Both the position numbers and the translations under genes were made by a program. 58,771 nt of DNA. Origin: a virus (taxonomy: Duplodnaviria > Caudoviricetes). Where the stretch lies: positions 1 through 58,771 of the IMG/VR virus record IMGVR_UViG_3300031578_000039; one strand, written 5' to 3'. Below the pieces are notes generated by a model. It saw nothing but the letters and a program-made list of their open reading frames with translations. It did not search any database and was not told the origin of the DNA. Shown here one piece after another: positions 9,667-19,023 of the stretch (the stretch's first letter is position 1; the number at the start of each line of letters is the position of its first letter).

Positions 9667-10101
9667 CCCCGTTTTACGTCTCCACTCATTAAATAAATCA
9701 GTATCATTTCTATATGTTAGTGATTTTAGGTTTATTTTTTGCAAACCCATGTAATTACCGTATTTTTTAATCAATGATGGTGCTTTACTGTTAATATTTT
9801 CTAAAGAATATGTTAATACACTTTTCTTTACAAGTCTTATTCCATTGTAGTTTCCTCCTGTTAAATTTAGATCAGGAGTACCAAGTGTTGGGCGAGGGTT
9901 CTTTTTGTTTTTGAATGCTGCATAACTATTTCCTAGATAACTAGGCTCTATCGGTTTATCATTAGGCATTTCACCGTCAAGTAATTGATTTTGATTAAGC
10001 CTTATAGCAAAATCAGCATTTTTCATTATTATTTTATCGGCTTCTGCTTCAAAATTGAAAGCTCTTAATTTATCTGCCAGTTGTCTTCGTGTCTGTGCCA
10101 T
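9661..10101 (-). CDS. Putative neck/tail-completion (virion morphogenesis) protein
   Basis: SYAAFK.KK...PDLNLTG pattern typical of gp10-like/virion morphogenesis proteins. Confidence 0.6.
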   Translation of the reverse strand: MAQTRRQLADKLRAFNFEAEADKIIMKNADFAIRLNQNQLLDGEMPNDKPIEPSYLGNSYAAFKNKKNPRPTLGTPDLNLTGGNYNGIRLVKKSVLTYSLENINSKAPSLIKKYGNYMGLQKINLKSLTYRNDTDLFNEWRRKTGL

Positions 10102-10177
10102 ATAACAAAGGTACAAAACATGTTGCACAACACATGGTTTAAATTTGCATCGTTAGATTTAATTTATAGATTTGTTG
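10096..10177. promoter_or_regulatory. Repeated divergent promoter/operator block, copy 2
   Basis: TACCTTTG on -, CATGTTGCACAACACATG, TTTG-N19-TAGATTTG on +. Confidence 0.8.
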
Positions 10178-10202
10178 TTATAAATATTTTAAAATTACTG
10201 AT

Positions 10203-10451
10203 ATGAATACATTACACAACAATCAAAAAAGCGATGCAGTTACAATGTTCTTATGTGGCGTTTGTAACAACAAAAATAAAATAGCAGTAACAGTAGATGA
10301 AATATCCGTGTGCTATGACTGCTTACGATTTATTGAAAATCGAGCAAAGCAAAACGGAATTGATAAAACTGAGCAACTCGAAATAGATACGCTGTTATTA
10401 CGCCTTGTTTATAACGTTAAATGTATGATTAGTGGCGATTTAGACCACTGA
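10203..10451 (+). CDS. Zn-binding hypothetical protein
   Basis: CGVC...CYDC. Confidence 0.65.
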   Translation: MNTLHNNQKSDAVTMFLCGVCNNKNKIAVTVDEISVCYDCLRFIENRAKQNGIDKTEQLEIDTLLLRLVYNVKCMISGDLDH

Positions 10452-10560
10452 CTTACTAAATAAACACATAAATAAATAAAAGAAAATACAGTTAATAACC
10501 GCGCGTAAACGCCATTAATTATACATATTGTTAGGCTTTCGTGCTTAAATTTATAAAAAC

Positions 10561-10824
10561 ATGTACAAATACAGAGCAATGTGGGAAAGAATCGAAAAAC
10601 TAGAAGTTATAAAAGAAACACCTAAGCAGGTAGTTTTTATAAATGAGCATGGGTTGCAAGACCGAGCGCTTAAAAAAACAAGTTATTTTTCATGGCATGA
10701 CACATTTGAAGAAGCCAAACAAGCTTTAATTGATGAAAAACAGTTTAACATTGATAAGCTTAAAAGACAATTAGAAAATGTAAATGATAGACTAAATATC
10801 GTGCGCGGGCTGCATGAAGCCTAA
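10561..10824 (+). CDS. Hypothetical cassette protein
   Basis: Stop coincides with TAAC. Confidence 0.75.
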   Translation: MYKYRAMWERIEKLEVIKETPKQVVFINEHGLQDRALKKTSYFSWHDTFEEAKQALIDEKQFNIDKLKRQLENVNDRLNIVRGLHEA

Positions 10825-10870
10825 CGATGGTATAAACACACCTTTCAATTAAACAACAAATTAAAATATC

Positions 10871-11128
10871 ATGAATACAGATAAACTAAAAGACCAAGTT
10901 GAGCAAATTATAAAGACCAAAAATAAAATAGTGAAATTAGCCGAACACCAAAAAGAATTATTAAGTCAATGTGTAGAGGCTATGTGCAGCTTAGAAATTG
11001 ATTTAAGAGTTAAAGATGTTAATTCAAGATTTGGATTCAGTAGCAACGTTTGGATATGCGCTGCTCTTATGGCAGGGTTTGTATTAGGTAGTCTTTCTTG
11101 CAGTCATTTAATTGATCTTTTATTTTGA
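10871..11128 (+). CDS. Hypothetical protein with C-terminal TM
   Basis: ORF track. Confidence 0.6.
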   Translation: MNTDKLKDQVEQIIKTKNKIVKLAEHQKELLSQCVEAMCSLEIDLRVKDVNSRFGFSSNVWICAALMAGFVLGSLSCSHLIDLLF

Positions 11129-11141
11129 AAATGTAGAAGAT

Positions 11142-11396
11142 ATGAGTAAAATAATCACAAACGAAGAATTGTGTCGTAGAAAATGTATTGATTGTAGTTA
11201 CGATGGATGCGATTTAGGCAAGGATTCATGTACTAACTGTGGTTGCAGATACGAACCAACATCAGATAATGAAAATTGCCCTAAATGCGGTCATGATGAT
11301 TACGACAGCCATTGTCCAAAATGTGATTCTGACCAGATATTCTATTGGGGCGATTATCTTGAGGTTAAAAGTTACTGGAAGTTTGATAATTACTAA
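11142..11396 (+). CDS. Cys-rich Zn-ribbon protein
   Basis: Four CxxC pairs. Confidence 0.7.
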   Translation: MSKIITNEELCRRKCIDCSYDGCDLGKDSCTNCGCRYEPTSDNENCPKCGHDDYDSHCPKCDSDQIFYWGDYLEVKSYWKFDNY

Positions 11397-11407
11397 ACAG
11401 TAGCTAT

Positions 11408-11465
11408 TTGTGGGCAATATGGTTAATTCTGTATTGCCCATAAACAATTGTATAAACACACCTTT
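11408..11465 (+). mobile_element. ORF-less mini-cassette plus terminal site copy 5
   Basis: TGGGCAATA..TATTGCCCA hairpin fused to AAACAATTGTATAAACACACCTTT. Confidence 0.55.
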
Positions 11466-11515
11466 AAATATAAATTCATATGAATATGAAAGTTAAAGAA
11501 TTAAAAAGTTGGTAA

Positions 11516-12172
11516 ATGTCTGGATGGATAAAGATACATAGAACTATTCAAAATCATTGGATATTTTCAGATGAAGAAAAATTAAAGGCATGGATAATAA
11601 TTCTTTTTTCTGTAAACTTTGAACCAAAAAGGGTTAATATCAAGAATACTATTTTTGAATGCAACCGTGGTGAATCTCTTTTATCTTTAGATTCATGGGC
11701 TGAAAAATTTGGTAAAAACTGGAATAAATCAAAGGTTAGGCGTTTCTTTAAGTTGCTCGAAAACGATTCAATGATTGCGCTGAAATCCGAACAAAAAACG
11801 ACACGGATAACTGTCTGTAACTATGATACTTACCAAGATGAGCGAAACACAGATGAAACACAAGTGAAACGCAAACGAAACGCAAGTGAAACGCAAACGA
11901 CACCAACTAAAGAATGTAAAGAAGGAAAAGAATTAAAGAAAAAGAATATATATGTGGGTAGAAAAAAATTTACACCGACAATTGATGAAATTAAATCTTA
12001 TTGTCTGGATAGAAATAATTCAATAGATGCTGAAAAATTCTATGACTTTTATTCTTCAAAAGATTGGATGATCGGAAAAAACAGAATGACAGATTGGAAA
12101 GCTTGTATAAGAACGTGGGAAAGAAATAAACAAAAATCAACAATAAATAGAGATCAAGATGAATGGAATTAA
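11516..12172 (+). CDS. Phage replication initiator (lambda O/DnaD-like architecture)
   Basis: N-terminal GWIKIHR, internal iterons, C-terminal AEKFYDFY..KDW..DWKA..RTWE; upstream of a DnaC-like ATPase. Confidence 0.85.
   Translation: MSGWIKIHRTIQNHWIFSDEEKLKAWIIILFSVNFEPKRVNIKNTIFECNRGESLLSLDSWAEKFGKNWNKSKVRRFFKLLENDSMIALKSEQKTTRITVCNYDTYQDERNTDETQVKRKRNASETQTTPTKECKEGKELKKKNIYVGRKKFTPTIDEIKSYCLDRNNSIDAEKFYDFYSSKDWMIGKNRMTDWKACIRTWERNKQKSTINRDQDEWN
11844..11904. repeat. 11-bp iterons (probable origin of replication)
   Basis: GAAAC at 11844, 11855, 11866, 11877, 11888 inside the initiator gene. Confidence 0.75.
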
Positions 12173-12833
12173 GAAAATTATTGAAAATGCTAAATTAGAG
12201 CTTAAAGAAGCTCGTAAAATAAATAGACATTTTTTTGATTGTTCGTCTAGCGATTTCAAAGAATTATTTACTTTAAATGCGAACATTCTTCTATCTAAAA
12301 GAAATAATAACCTTAAATTTATTGTTGATGAATCAAACAAAAATGTTATAAATCAACTATTCTATTATTTCATCGGGAGCGAGAAATTTAACGGAGATTT
12401 GAATAAGGGCATATTCTTAGGAGGTACACTAGGCACAGGCAAAACACTTTTAATGAAATCATTTTGCAATACATGGAACTCGTTCGGAAAAACTATAATA
12501 ACTCAATACACATCAAGAGAGGCGGCAGATTTGATAATAAAAAGAATACCTAGATTTGTAAAGTACGAAGACCTTAAATGTATAGATTACTTGAAAGCTC
12601 CGATATACATTGACGATATTGGAAAAGAGCCTTTAAAGGTAAACTATTACGGGACGGAGATTTGCCCTATGAATGATTTATTGAGCAAAAGATACGATAA
12701 ATTCGCATTAACATTTATAACAGGAAATTACACTATTAAAACACTTGGAGAAACTTATAACGAAACAATTTCAAACAGGATGATTGAAATGTTTAATGTA
12801 ATAGCATTAAAAGGAGAATCAAGGAGAAAATAG
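12159..12833 (+). CDS. DnaC/IstB-like ATPase (helicase loader)
   Basis: Walker A GTLGTGKT, Walker B IDDIG, C-terminal GESRR. Confidence 0.9.
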   Translation: MNGIKKIIENAKLELKEARKINRHFFDCSSSDFKELFTLNANILLSKRNNNLKFIVDESNKNVINQLFYYFIGSEKFNGDLNKGIFLGGTLGTGKTLLMKSFCNTWNSFGKTIITQYTSREAADLIIKRIPRFVKYEDLKCIDYLKAPIYIDDIGKEPLKVNYYGTEICPMNDLLSKRYDKFALTFITGNYTIKTLGETYNETISNRMIEMFNVIALKGESRRK

Positions 12834-12916
12834 AATCTAAAAAAATAATGGTTTTGCATAAGAATTTAAGTAACGTTTTTGTAATTGGATTTTTTTAACG
12901 TATTAAATAAAGAATA

Positions 12917-13156
12917 ATGGATATTAAAAAAGCAATTAAAGTTTTAGATAATCACCAAAGATGGAGACTTGGTGACGAAAAAATAACGCAAACAAATCCA
13001 CGGGAATTAACAGAAAGCATAGACCTTATACTAAAGGAAGTTAAAAAATCACACTTGCATGGTATTAATAATATGTTTTCTAAACACTGCCCTTTATGCG
13101 AAGAAGAAACTACCCATAGAATCATTTACGCCTGTATAGAATGTGACCCTTATTAG
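12917..13156 (+). CDS. Hypothetical cassette protein (C-terminal Zn ribbon)
   Basis: CPLC..CIEC; starts in the hairpin loop. Confidence 0.7.
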   Translation: MDIKKAIKVLDNHQRWRLGDEKITQTNPRELTESIDLILKEVKKSHLHGINNMFSKHCPLCEEETTHRIIYACIECDPY

Positions 13157-13313
13157 AAAATTATTGCTAACGATCTAGGCTATGAATAGGCAGGGATAAC
13201 GAGCGATACCCTTTCAGCCTACACAAATGATAAAACGAAGCTCACAGGCTTGATTAAGCACATGCGCCATGCTTATTTATAGCCTTTATTATATGGCGTT
13301 TATTCTTACTAAA

Positions 13314-13553
13314 ATGTGTATAATTTGTGATAGTAACGAAATAGGAGATAAATATTTATCTGGAATGCAAGGGGCGATTAATTTATTAAAGTCTTGCGAA
13401 AAGCATTTATTATACCTATCAAATATAAAAAACATAGAATTTGAACCAAGTAAAGAAAAAGCCAAATATTATAATATGGCACATAAAAGACTTGTTAAAA
13501 TTAGAAAACAGTTGTCAGATGTCCAAAGGTTGCGGTCTGGAAATGCCCTATAA
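13314..13553 (+). CDS. Hypothetical cassette protein
   Basis: Stop coincides with TAAC. Confidence 0.65.
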   Translation: MCIICDSNEIGDKYLSGMQGAINLLKSCEKHLLYLSNIKNIEFEPSKEKAKYYNMAHKRLVKIRKQLSDVQRLRSGNAL

Positions 13554-13617
13554 CGGCTGGTATTAGTTGTCGTTTCCGACAAAATTAACAGATAAATTAA
13601 CTTTAAAAACGGACATT

Positions 13618-13959
13618 ATGAATACAGAATCAATTTCAAAAAAGCAAGTAGGCAATGCAATTAATACATTGCTACCTGCCGTTAATTTCCAATTCTTATA
13701 TCGCAAAAAAACAAACCAGGAATATGCACAGGAATTTTATTCCAAGAAAAAAACGATAAAAGAAGCGATGGACGATTTTTTAACCCGAAAACGAAACTTA
13801 TGTGATATTGACCCAGAAGTTGAAGTTACATATGAAGATGGCAGTCAGGAAGTTATTCAAGTTGATGCACGCCAAGATTGGGACTTAAGTTGGTATTTTG
13901 TTTATGAAAATCAAATGATTTGTGGCAATGGTTACTCATGTCAGTTTAATGGCGGTTAG
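13618..13959 (+). CDS. Hypothetical cassette protein
   Basis: Starts in the hairpin loop; stop in TAGC. Confidence 0.7.
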   Translation: MNTESISKKQVGNAINTLLPAVNFQFLYRKKTNQEYAQEFYSKKKTIKEAMDDFLTRKRNLCDIDPEVEVTYEDGSQEVIQVDARQDWDLSWYFVYENQMICGNGYSCQFNGG

Positions 13960-14103
13960 CGTTGAGTATAAGAAACGTAGCGTTTTGAAACACTGAACTA
14001 CAATAACTTACAAAAGTAAAATTGAAATAGAAAACTTAATATTAACCACTGACGGAGCTATGTTTTTTATACATTGTCACCGCCAGTTAATTTTAAAAAC
14101 AAG

Positions 14104-14301
14104 ATGGCTAAACACATAGTAGAGATAGAAGGATTAAGGCAATACATGCTAGAAGATTATAGAACATATGCAAGTTCGTATGGTAAAGGTAGCCGCAAGG
14201 AACTTAGATGCAACTTGCGTGGCAGCTATGAGGTATGGCACAACAATGAACGAGTGCTTGAAACAATGCAAGCTATACATGCAGTTGATAAATATAACTA
14301 G
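14104..14301 (+). CDS. Hypothetical cassette protein
   Basis: ORF within a cassette body. Confidence 0.7.
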   Translation: MAKHIVEIEGLRQYMLEDYRTYASSYGKGSRKELRCNLRGSYEVWHNNERVLETMQAIHAVDKYN

Positions 14302-14398
14302 CTGCCTTAATTGGCGGATGAAGTAAATTATTAACCAACAATGTTGATAGATGCACGATAAAATGGCATTTACATATTGTTATAAATCTTATAAAATT

Positions 14399-14545
14399 AT
14401 GAAAACTTACAAAGTACTTTATTGGTGGCACAAAAGTGTAAGAAAACAGGAGTATGTTGATGCAATGAATTTAACAGTAGCACTTAGTTCATTTATAGCA
14501 AAATATGGTGAATAGGAAATTATAAGCATAGTAGAATGTGAATAA
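14399..14545 (+). pseudogene. Small cassette ORF with internal TAG (14513)
   Basis: MKTYKVLYWW...KYGE*EIISIVECE* fills the cassette body. Confidence 0.5.
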
Positions 14546-14617
14546 TTTTATTTGTTTATAACGTTTTGGCTAAAGTGAGTTGCCATAAAACCCACTACAC
14601 TTTTAAATTACAATGAC

Positions 14618-14845
14618 ATGAGTAAAACACACGAACTTATCGGAAACCCACAAACAGGCAATTCACCTTTAGGTGATGTTATGGCTATGTTGCCTGACGG
14701 AATACTATGGAAGAAAGCAAAAGAATACGCACAACAATTTGCAATAAGAGATAAACCTGTTGAAAGTTCAAAACTTATGGCAGATGCACAAGACCATTAT
14801 TATAGAGGAATGATTGAAGCACGTAAAATGCTTATTGGCAATTAA
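14618..14845 (+). CDS. Hypothetical cassette protein
   Basis: N-terminus ..GNSPLGDVM is encoded by the hairpin arm. Confidence 0.7.
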   Translation: MSKTHELIGNPQTGNSPLGDVMAMLPDGILWKKAKEYAQQFAIRDKPVESSKLMADAQDHYYRGMIEARKMLIGN

Positions 14846-14885
14846 ACACAACGAAAATAATATGAACCTGTAAAAATAAAACGGC

Positions 14886-15146
14886 ATGACAGAACAGAAA
14901 GCTAATAAAAAGATACTCATTTGCGGTGCAGGAGCGGGGGCGGGATTAGAAGCCGCTAGATTACTTGCAGAAATGGGAGAAACAAACGTTGAGATAGTAA
15001 CTGATATGGACGACATAAAAGAGCGTGGGATTACGATTAGAGAACCAATAACCATAGCAGCACCGCCAATGGTTGAACCATGGTATACCCCACCAGAAAC
15101 ACGTGCGGAGCGTAGGGCAAAGGCTCGAAAAAAGAAACGAAAGTAG
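14886..15146 (+). CDS. Hypothetical protein lying wholly within an attC-like loop
   Basis: KKILICGAGAGAG Rossmann-like start, basic tail; flanked by inverted arms. Confidence 0.7.
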   Translation: MTEQKANKKILICGAGAGAGLEAARLLAEMGETNVEIVTDMDDIKERGITIREPITIAAPPMVEPWYTPPETRAERRAKARKKKRK

Positions 15147-15342
15147 TTTTATTTTTATGGTTTATATTTAGTGTTGTGTTTTAGTTGCCTGACTAATTCA
15201 CCTCATATTAAACCATAAACTTTTCAGGCAATTAAACACAACGTTCTTAATAAAAATCTGGCGGGGCAGTAGTAACCCGAAACTAAAAGCATAGCGTAAC
15301 ACCCCGCTTGTTTTTATTTATTGTTAGGGTGCGTTAATTATT

Positions 15343-15465
15343 ATGGAAGAAAAATATAGACAATTACTAGAACAGTTTATTGAGCAAATGGAAGTGTTTA
15401 ATGAAACAGGCTTTGATGATGGCTTGCAAGAGCTAGAAGAAGAAGTTAAGGGTGTGTTGCTTTAA
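15343..15465 (+). CDS. 40-aa acidic cassette peptide
   Basis: MEEKYRQLLEQFIEQMEVFNETGFDDGLQELEEEVKGVLL, fills the cassette body. Confidence 0.65.
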   Translation: MEEKYRQLLEQFIEQMEVFNETGFDDGLQELEEEVKGVLL

Positions 15466-15522
15466 TGCACCCTAACGTTTAGGTATGGTTTGATTTTTAA
15501 CGGATTTGAAAAACGAAATATT

Positions 15523-15828
15523 ATGAATTTAGAAAAAAGAGTAAAAGAACAATTATTAATTAGAGGCTTTTCAAGTGAGCTACAACTTAATAACAGGGGA
15601 TTAATTGGAGCAACTATTGATGAAACAACACTAGATTTAGTTAAAAATTTAACTATACCTGTTGTTAACGATATGTTGCCTTTATCTGACTACGCTAAAG
15701 AAAAGCTAAAATATATTAACGGGCATTGGATGGTGCGTGAATTTCCTAAATTAGATAATATTGACCTACAATGGATAGGAGCTGTGCTTGATTTGTTAGA
15801 AGAACTAAAGTTAGGCAATTATCGTTAA
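15523..15828 (+). CDS. Hypothetical cassette protein
   Basis: Contains hairpin-encoded LVKNLTIPV. Confidence 0.7.
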   Translation: MNLEKRVKEQLLIRGFSSELQLNNRGLIGATIDETTLDLVKNLTIPVVNDMLPLSDYAKEKLKYINGHWMVREFPKLDNIDLQWIGAVLDLLEELKLGNYR

Positions 15829-15857
15829 CATTGGTATAAACACACGTTTTAAAACAA

Positions 15858-16118
15858 ATGCCTATGAATATGAAAGTTAAAGAATTAAATATTTCAGAAT
15901 CTGAAAGATTTAAAGAAAAATATCAAGAAATATTGCTTAATGTGAAAGAAAGATTTAGAGTAAAAGATGCTAAGTATATTCAAATATCAGAATCAAAAGC
16001 AAGTAGAATATTATCAGGAAATCAATTTGATATGCTAACACTTTGCGAAATTGCTTCTTTTGTTGGATACGATATTGATATTAAAATAACAGATAGAAAT
16101 AATAATAATTTTCACTAA
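15858..16118 (+). CDS. XRE-like HTH regulator
   Basis: AKYIQISESKASRILSG..MLTLCEIASFVG. Confidence 0.75.
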   Translation: MPMNMKVKELNISESERFKEKYQEILLNVKERFRVKDAKYIQISESKASRILSGNQFDMLTLCEIASFVGYDIDIKITDRNNNNFH

Positions 16119-16128
16119 AATTATAATC

Positions 16129-16584
16129 ATGGATAAAAATCAATTAAGAGAATTAATCGAAGAAACATTAAAGGAAATTAATCTGTATTCAGAAGATGCG
16201 GTAAATCTTTTAATGGGTACTGCCGCACAAGAGAGCCATTTAGGAGTTTACATTCGTCAATTAGGATGTGGAGTAGCACAGGGAATATTTCAGATGGAAG
16301 CTGCAACATTGGAGGATATTAAACAAAACTATTTATCTTACAGACCTGAATTATCAGAGATCATTTTAAAAGCCTGTAATTCAATGAGTATTACACCAGA
16401 TTCTTTGCGATGGAATTTAAAACTTGCTACATGTATGGCAAGAGTTCATTATTTAAGAGTAGATGAGCCGCTTCCAGATGATTTACAGGGATATGCCGAA
16501 TATTGGAAAAAATACTACAATAGCTATCTAGGGAAAGGTTCTACTAGTGAGTTTATTCATAACTATAAAACATATGTATTATGA
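16129..16584 (+). CDS. Putative endolysin (lysozyme/transglycosylase-like fold)
   Basis: LLMGTAAQES..GIFQME..YWKKYYN motifs; followed by membrane proteins. Confidence 0.7.
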   Translation: MDKNQLRELIEETLKEINLYSEDAVNLLMGTAAQESHLGVYIRQLGCGVAQGIFQMEAATLEDIKQNYLSYRPELSEIILKACNSMSITPDSLRWNLKLATCMARVHYLRVDEPLPDDLQGYAEYWKKYYNSYLGKGSTSEFIHNYKTYVL

Positions 16585-16850
16585 TGCAAGCAGTAATGTT
16601 ACTTGTAGAGTTAAATCAAGTCGGATTATCTTTGTTTTTTCTAATACTAGGAATAGCCTTAGACCAGATAGTATTTCCACGGAACAAAACAACAAATGTT
16701 TCAGGAGATCTAATAGAATCGCAGAAGAAGAAAGATAATTCTAAGGTAAAGACTAGGCGTGGCATATTTGGATGGCTTAAAAGAGATGAAAACAAGAAAA
16801 TAGCCAGAAAGCTAATGCGAATAAATAAAAGTTTGCCAAAACAAAAGTAA
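16581..16850 (+). CDS. Membrane protein, lysis cassette
   Basis: N-terminal TM, basic tail, overlaps the lysin gene. Confidence 0.55.
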   Translation: MMQAVMLLVELNQVGLSLFFLILGIALDQIVFPRNKTTNVSGDLIESQKKKDNSKVKTRRGIFGWLKRDENKKIARKLMRINKSLPKQK

Positions 16851-16894
16851 TTTTGTAATTTTATAATCTATTGTTATTCAAAAAATCATTAAAA

Positions 16895-17167
16895 ATGAAA
16901 AAATTTACCAAATTATTAGCAGTATTGATCTTTTTATTGGTAGCGTTTGCAGCTCCAATGATGGCTCAGGGCATTGCTGTTGAAACAGATTATAGTATGT
17001 GGTTGGAATTTATTCAACAGAATAGCATTTATTTAATTCCTATTCTTGTTTGGATTGTGAATAGATTTGTTCCAACAAAATGGAAAGATCCTATTGTAAT
17101 GTTATTGCAATGGTTAAATACTCGCATCCCTGATAAAAAAGCAGGAGGAGGTAAACACAATAAATAA
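16895..17167 (+). CDS. Holin-like membrane protein
   Basis: Signal-like N-terminus, TM segment, basic C-terminus; adjacent to the lysin. Confidence 0.55.
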   Translation: MKKFTKLLAVLIFLLVAFAAPMMAQGIAVETDYSMWLEFIQQNSIYLIPILVWIVNRFVPTKWKDPIVMLLQWLNTRIPDKKAGGGKHNK

Positions 17168-17246
17168 TTAGTAGTGTTTTCATGAATATTAGTTATATGG
17201 TTCTAATTTTCATGTAGTGTAGTTTCATTTATATTTAGTTTTAGTT

Positions 17247-17277
17247 TAGCCTCTCATTAATTTGGGAGGCTTTTTTA
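17247..17277 (+). terminator. Rho-independent terminator
   Basis: AGCCTCTCA..TGGGAGGCTTTTTT. Confidence 0.8.
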
Positions 17278-17392
17278 TAGCGTATTATTAAACGGCATAT
17301 CACATGTTACATGTTGTATAACATGTCATTAAATAGCTGATAGTTAAAAAGTAATGCTTACGTTTGTTGATAAACTAATAAATATTAAAAAC

Positions 17393-17722
17393 ATGGAGAA
17401 TTTTACAATCAAAAAATCTATTTACAAAGACGTAGAGACAAAATATTCTATTGATTCATACAATGAATTTTACGGAAAATTTTACAACTCAAGCAATTGC
17501 ATAGTATATATTGGTGGTTTTATTAAGGATAAAAAATCATTTTATATTCAAAAACTAGACAGATATTACAGTATTGAAATAAGAGATATTGTAAATGGAG
17601 GACGTGATAGTTTAAGATTAGAAATTGAACGATCTTATAGAGATTTTGAGTTTAAAAATAATATCACAAAATCAGAATTTTTAGATAAAATAAGTGATTT
17701 TAAATATATGTTAGATTTATAA
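17393..17722 (+). CDS. Hypothetical protein
   Basis: ORF track. Confidence 0.65.
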   Translation: MENFTIKKSIYKDVETKYSIDSYNEFYGKFYNSSNCIVYIGGFIKDKKSFYIQKLDRYYSIEIRDIVNGGRDSLRLEIERSYRDFEFKNNITKSEFLDKISDFKYMLDL

Positions 17723-17727
17723 ATGCG

Positions 17728-17787
17728 AAAACATGTTGTACAACACATGGTTAAAATTTGCATAGTAATATTTAATTTATAGATTTG
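17728..17787 (+). promoter_or_regulatory. Repeated promoter/operator block, copy 3
   Basis: AAAACATGTTGTACAACACATGGTTAAAATTTGCATAGTAATATTTAATTTATAGATTTG. Confidence 0.8.
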
Positions 17788-17855
17788 CTTATGAAATTAA
17801 CGATTGAGCAAACACAACATTGATTAAACTACAAAAATAAATTAAACTTTGGATT

Positions 17856-18197
17856 ATGAAAATAGAAAATATTAAAACAATAACAGAATTTTATGAATTT
17901 GCAGACATTTGGCATCAGCGTTCGCATAGGCTGCGGGAGGTTTGGCAAAATATAATAAATACAGACGAACAAAGGGCAAAAGCATTTACACTATGGCTAA
18001 TAATGTATGATAGAGTAATGAAATTATTCGCAATTGCAACTAGGACAAACCAAGTTAAGCCACCTAAATTTGAAAACTGCAATTTGCATATTGTTGGCAA
18101 TAGCGAAGTGGCGTGTTGCGGAAATTGCCACTTGCCATTGGATAATATAGAAATGGTTAAAAAGGTGCAAATTGCTGACAAAAAGTATAACCCATAG
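17856..18197 (+). CDS. Hypothetical cassette protein
   Basis: Reads through GTT at 18093. Confidence 0.7.
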   Translation: MKIENIKTITEFYEFADIWHQRSHRLREVWQNIINTDEQRAKAFTLWLIMYDRVMKLFAIATRTNQVKPPKFENCNLHIVGNSEVACCGNCHLPLDNIEMVKKVQIADKKYNP

Positions 18198-18332
18198 CAA
18201 CATGATTGCTAACGTTGGTATATGGTTTGAAAGCCACGCACCGACATTAATTAATTGAACATAAACTTCCTTGGCTTTTTAACTACATACGTTGTTATAT
18301 GCTTTTAAAGTGCGAGGGCAAAAACTTGAAAG

Positions 18333-18554
18333 ATGAAAATATACACAATTGAACACGAGGAATTTAATTACGATGCCTACTTAGGGCACGTGATAGTTGC
18401 AAATGACAAAAAAGAGGTTAGGGAAATTGCGAAGAAAAGCTCTGCTGATGAAGGCAAAGAAGTTTGGGATAAAGCAAAAATAACAACCGAAGGAGAATAT
18501 ACAGGCAAAAAGAAAGAGCCGTTTACAATGCTAAGTGATTTTAGTGCGGGCTAA
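18333..18554 (+). CDS. Hypothetical cassette protein
   Basis: ORF within a cassette body. Confidence 0.75.
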   Translation: MKIYTIEHEEFNYDAYLGHVIVANDKKEVREIAKKSSADEGKEVWDKAKITTEGEYTGKKKEPFTMLSDFSAG

Positions 18555-18723
18555 TTGCATATAACGATGGTGGCAAGAAATCGTGACGGCTTACGAGCCA
18601 CAAAACTAAAATTACTGATAAATTATGAACGAAGATAAAACCTTGAATAACCCACAAACTCCGGCATGTTTTTTACCACGTGTTACCGCCAGTACGGATT
18701 ATTAACATAAAAACTTAAATAAA

Positions 18724-19023
18724 ATGAGACACGAAAAAATAGTAAAAAGAGAAGATGGTACACAATACCAAATTTGCGTTAATGCCTACTTAGATTCATA
18801 CAGAAGTGAAAGTATGCAGTATAGAATAGATGTTTATTGCAAACAAAAAGGTAAACGCAAATGGTTTAATGTAGAAAAGGAAATTTGCGACCATGAGTAT
18901 AGAAGATTAAGCATGGATAAACGTAGAGAGTATGACGATAACAATAACCTTAGATTTGTAACCAAAGAGGAAATTTACGCTGCCAGAATTGAATTGTGGA
19001 ACTTATTAAAACCACAAATGTAG
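18724..19023 (+). CDS. Hypothetical cassette protein
   Basis: ORF within a cassette body. Confidence 0.75.
   Translation: MRHEKIVKREDGTQYQICVNAYLDSYRSESMQYRIDVYCKQKGKRKWFNVEKEICDHEYRRLSMDKRREYDDNNNLRFVTKEEIYAARIELWNLLKPQM

Larger units (their letters stand above)
10177..10845 (+). mobile_element. Integron-like cassette array D (2 cassettes)
   Basis: GTTATAAATA(10177)/TGTTTATAAC(10415); hairpin 10412-10533; GTTAGGCTT(10530)/AAGCCTAAC(10825); terminal motif 10822-10845. Confidence 0.8.
12871..15849 (+). mobile_element. Integron-like cassette array E (about 9 cassettes)
   Basis: Bodies 13064-13171, 13288-13554, 13671-13960, 14076-14323, 14379-14562, 14678-14852, 15173-15242, 15323-15476, 15664-15829 with self-complementary ends (weak for 14678), separated by hairpins; terminal motif 15826-15849. 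Confidence 0.85.
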
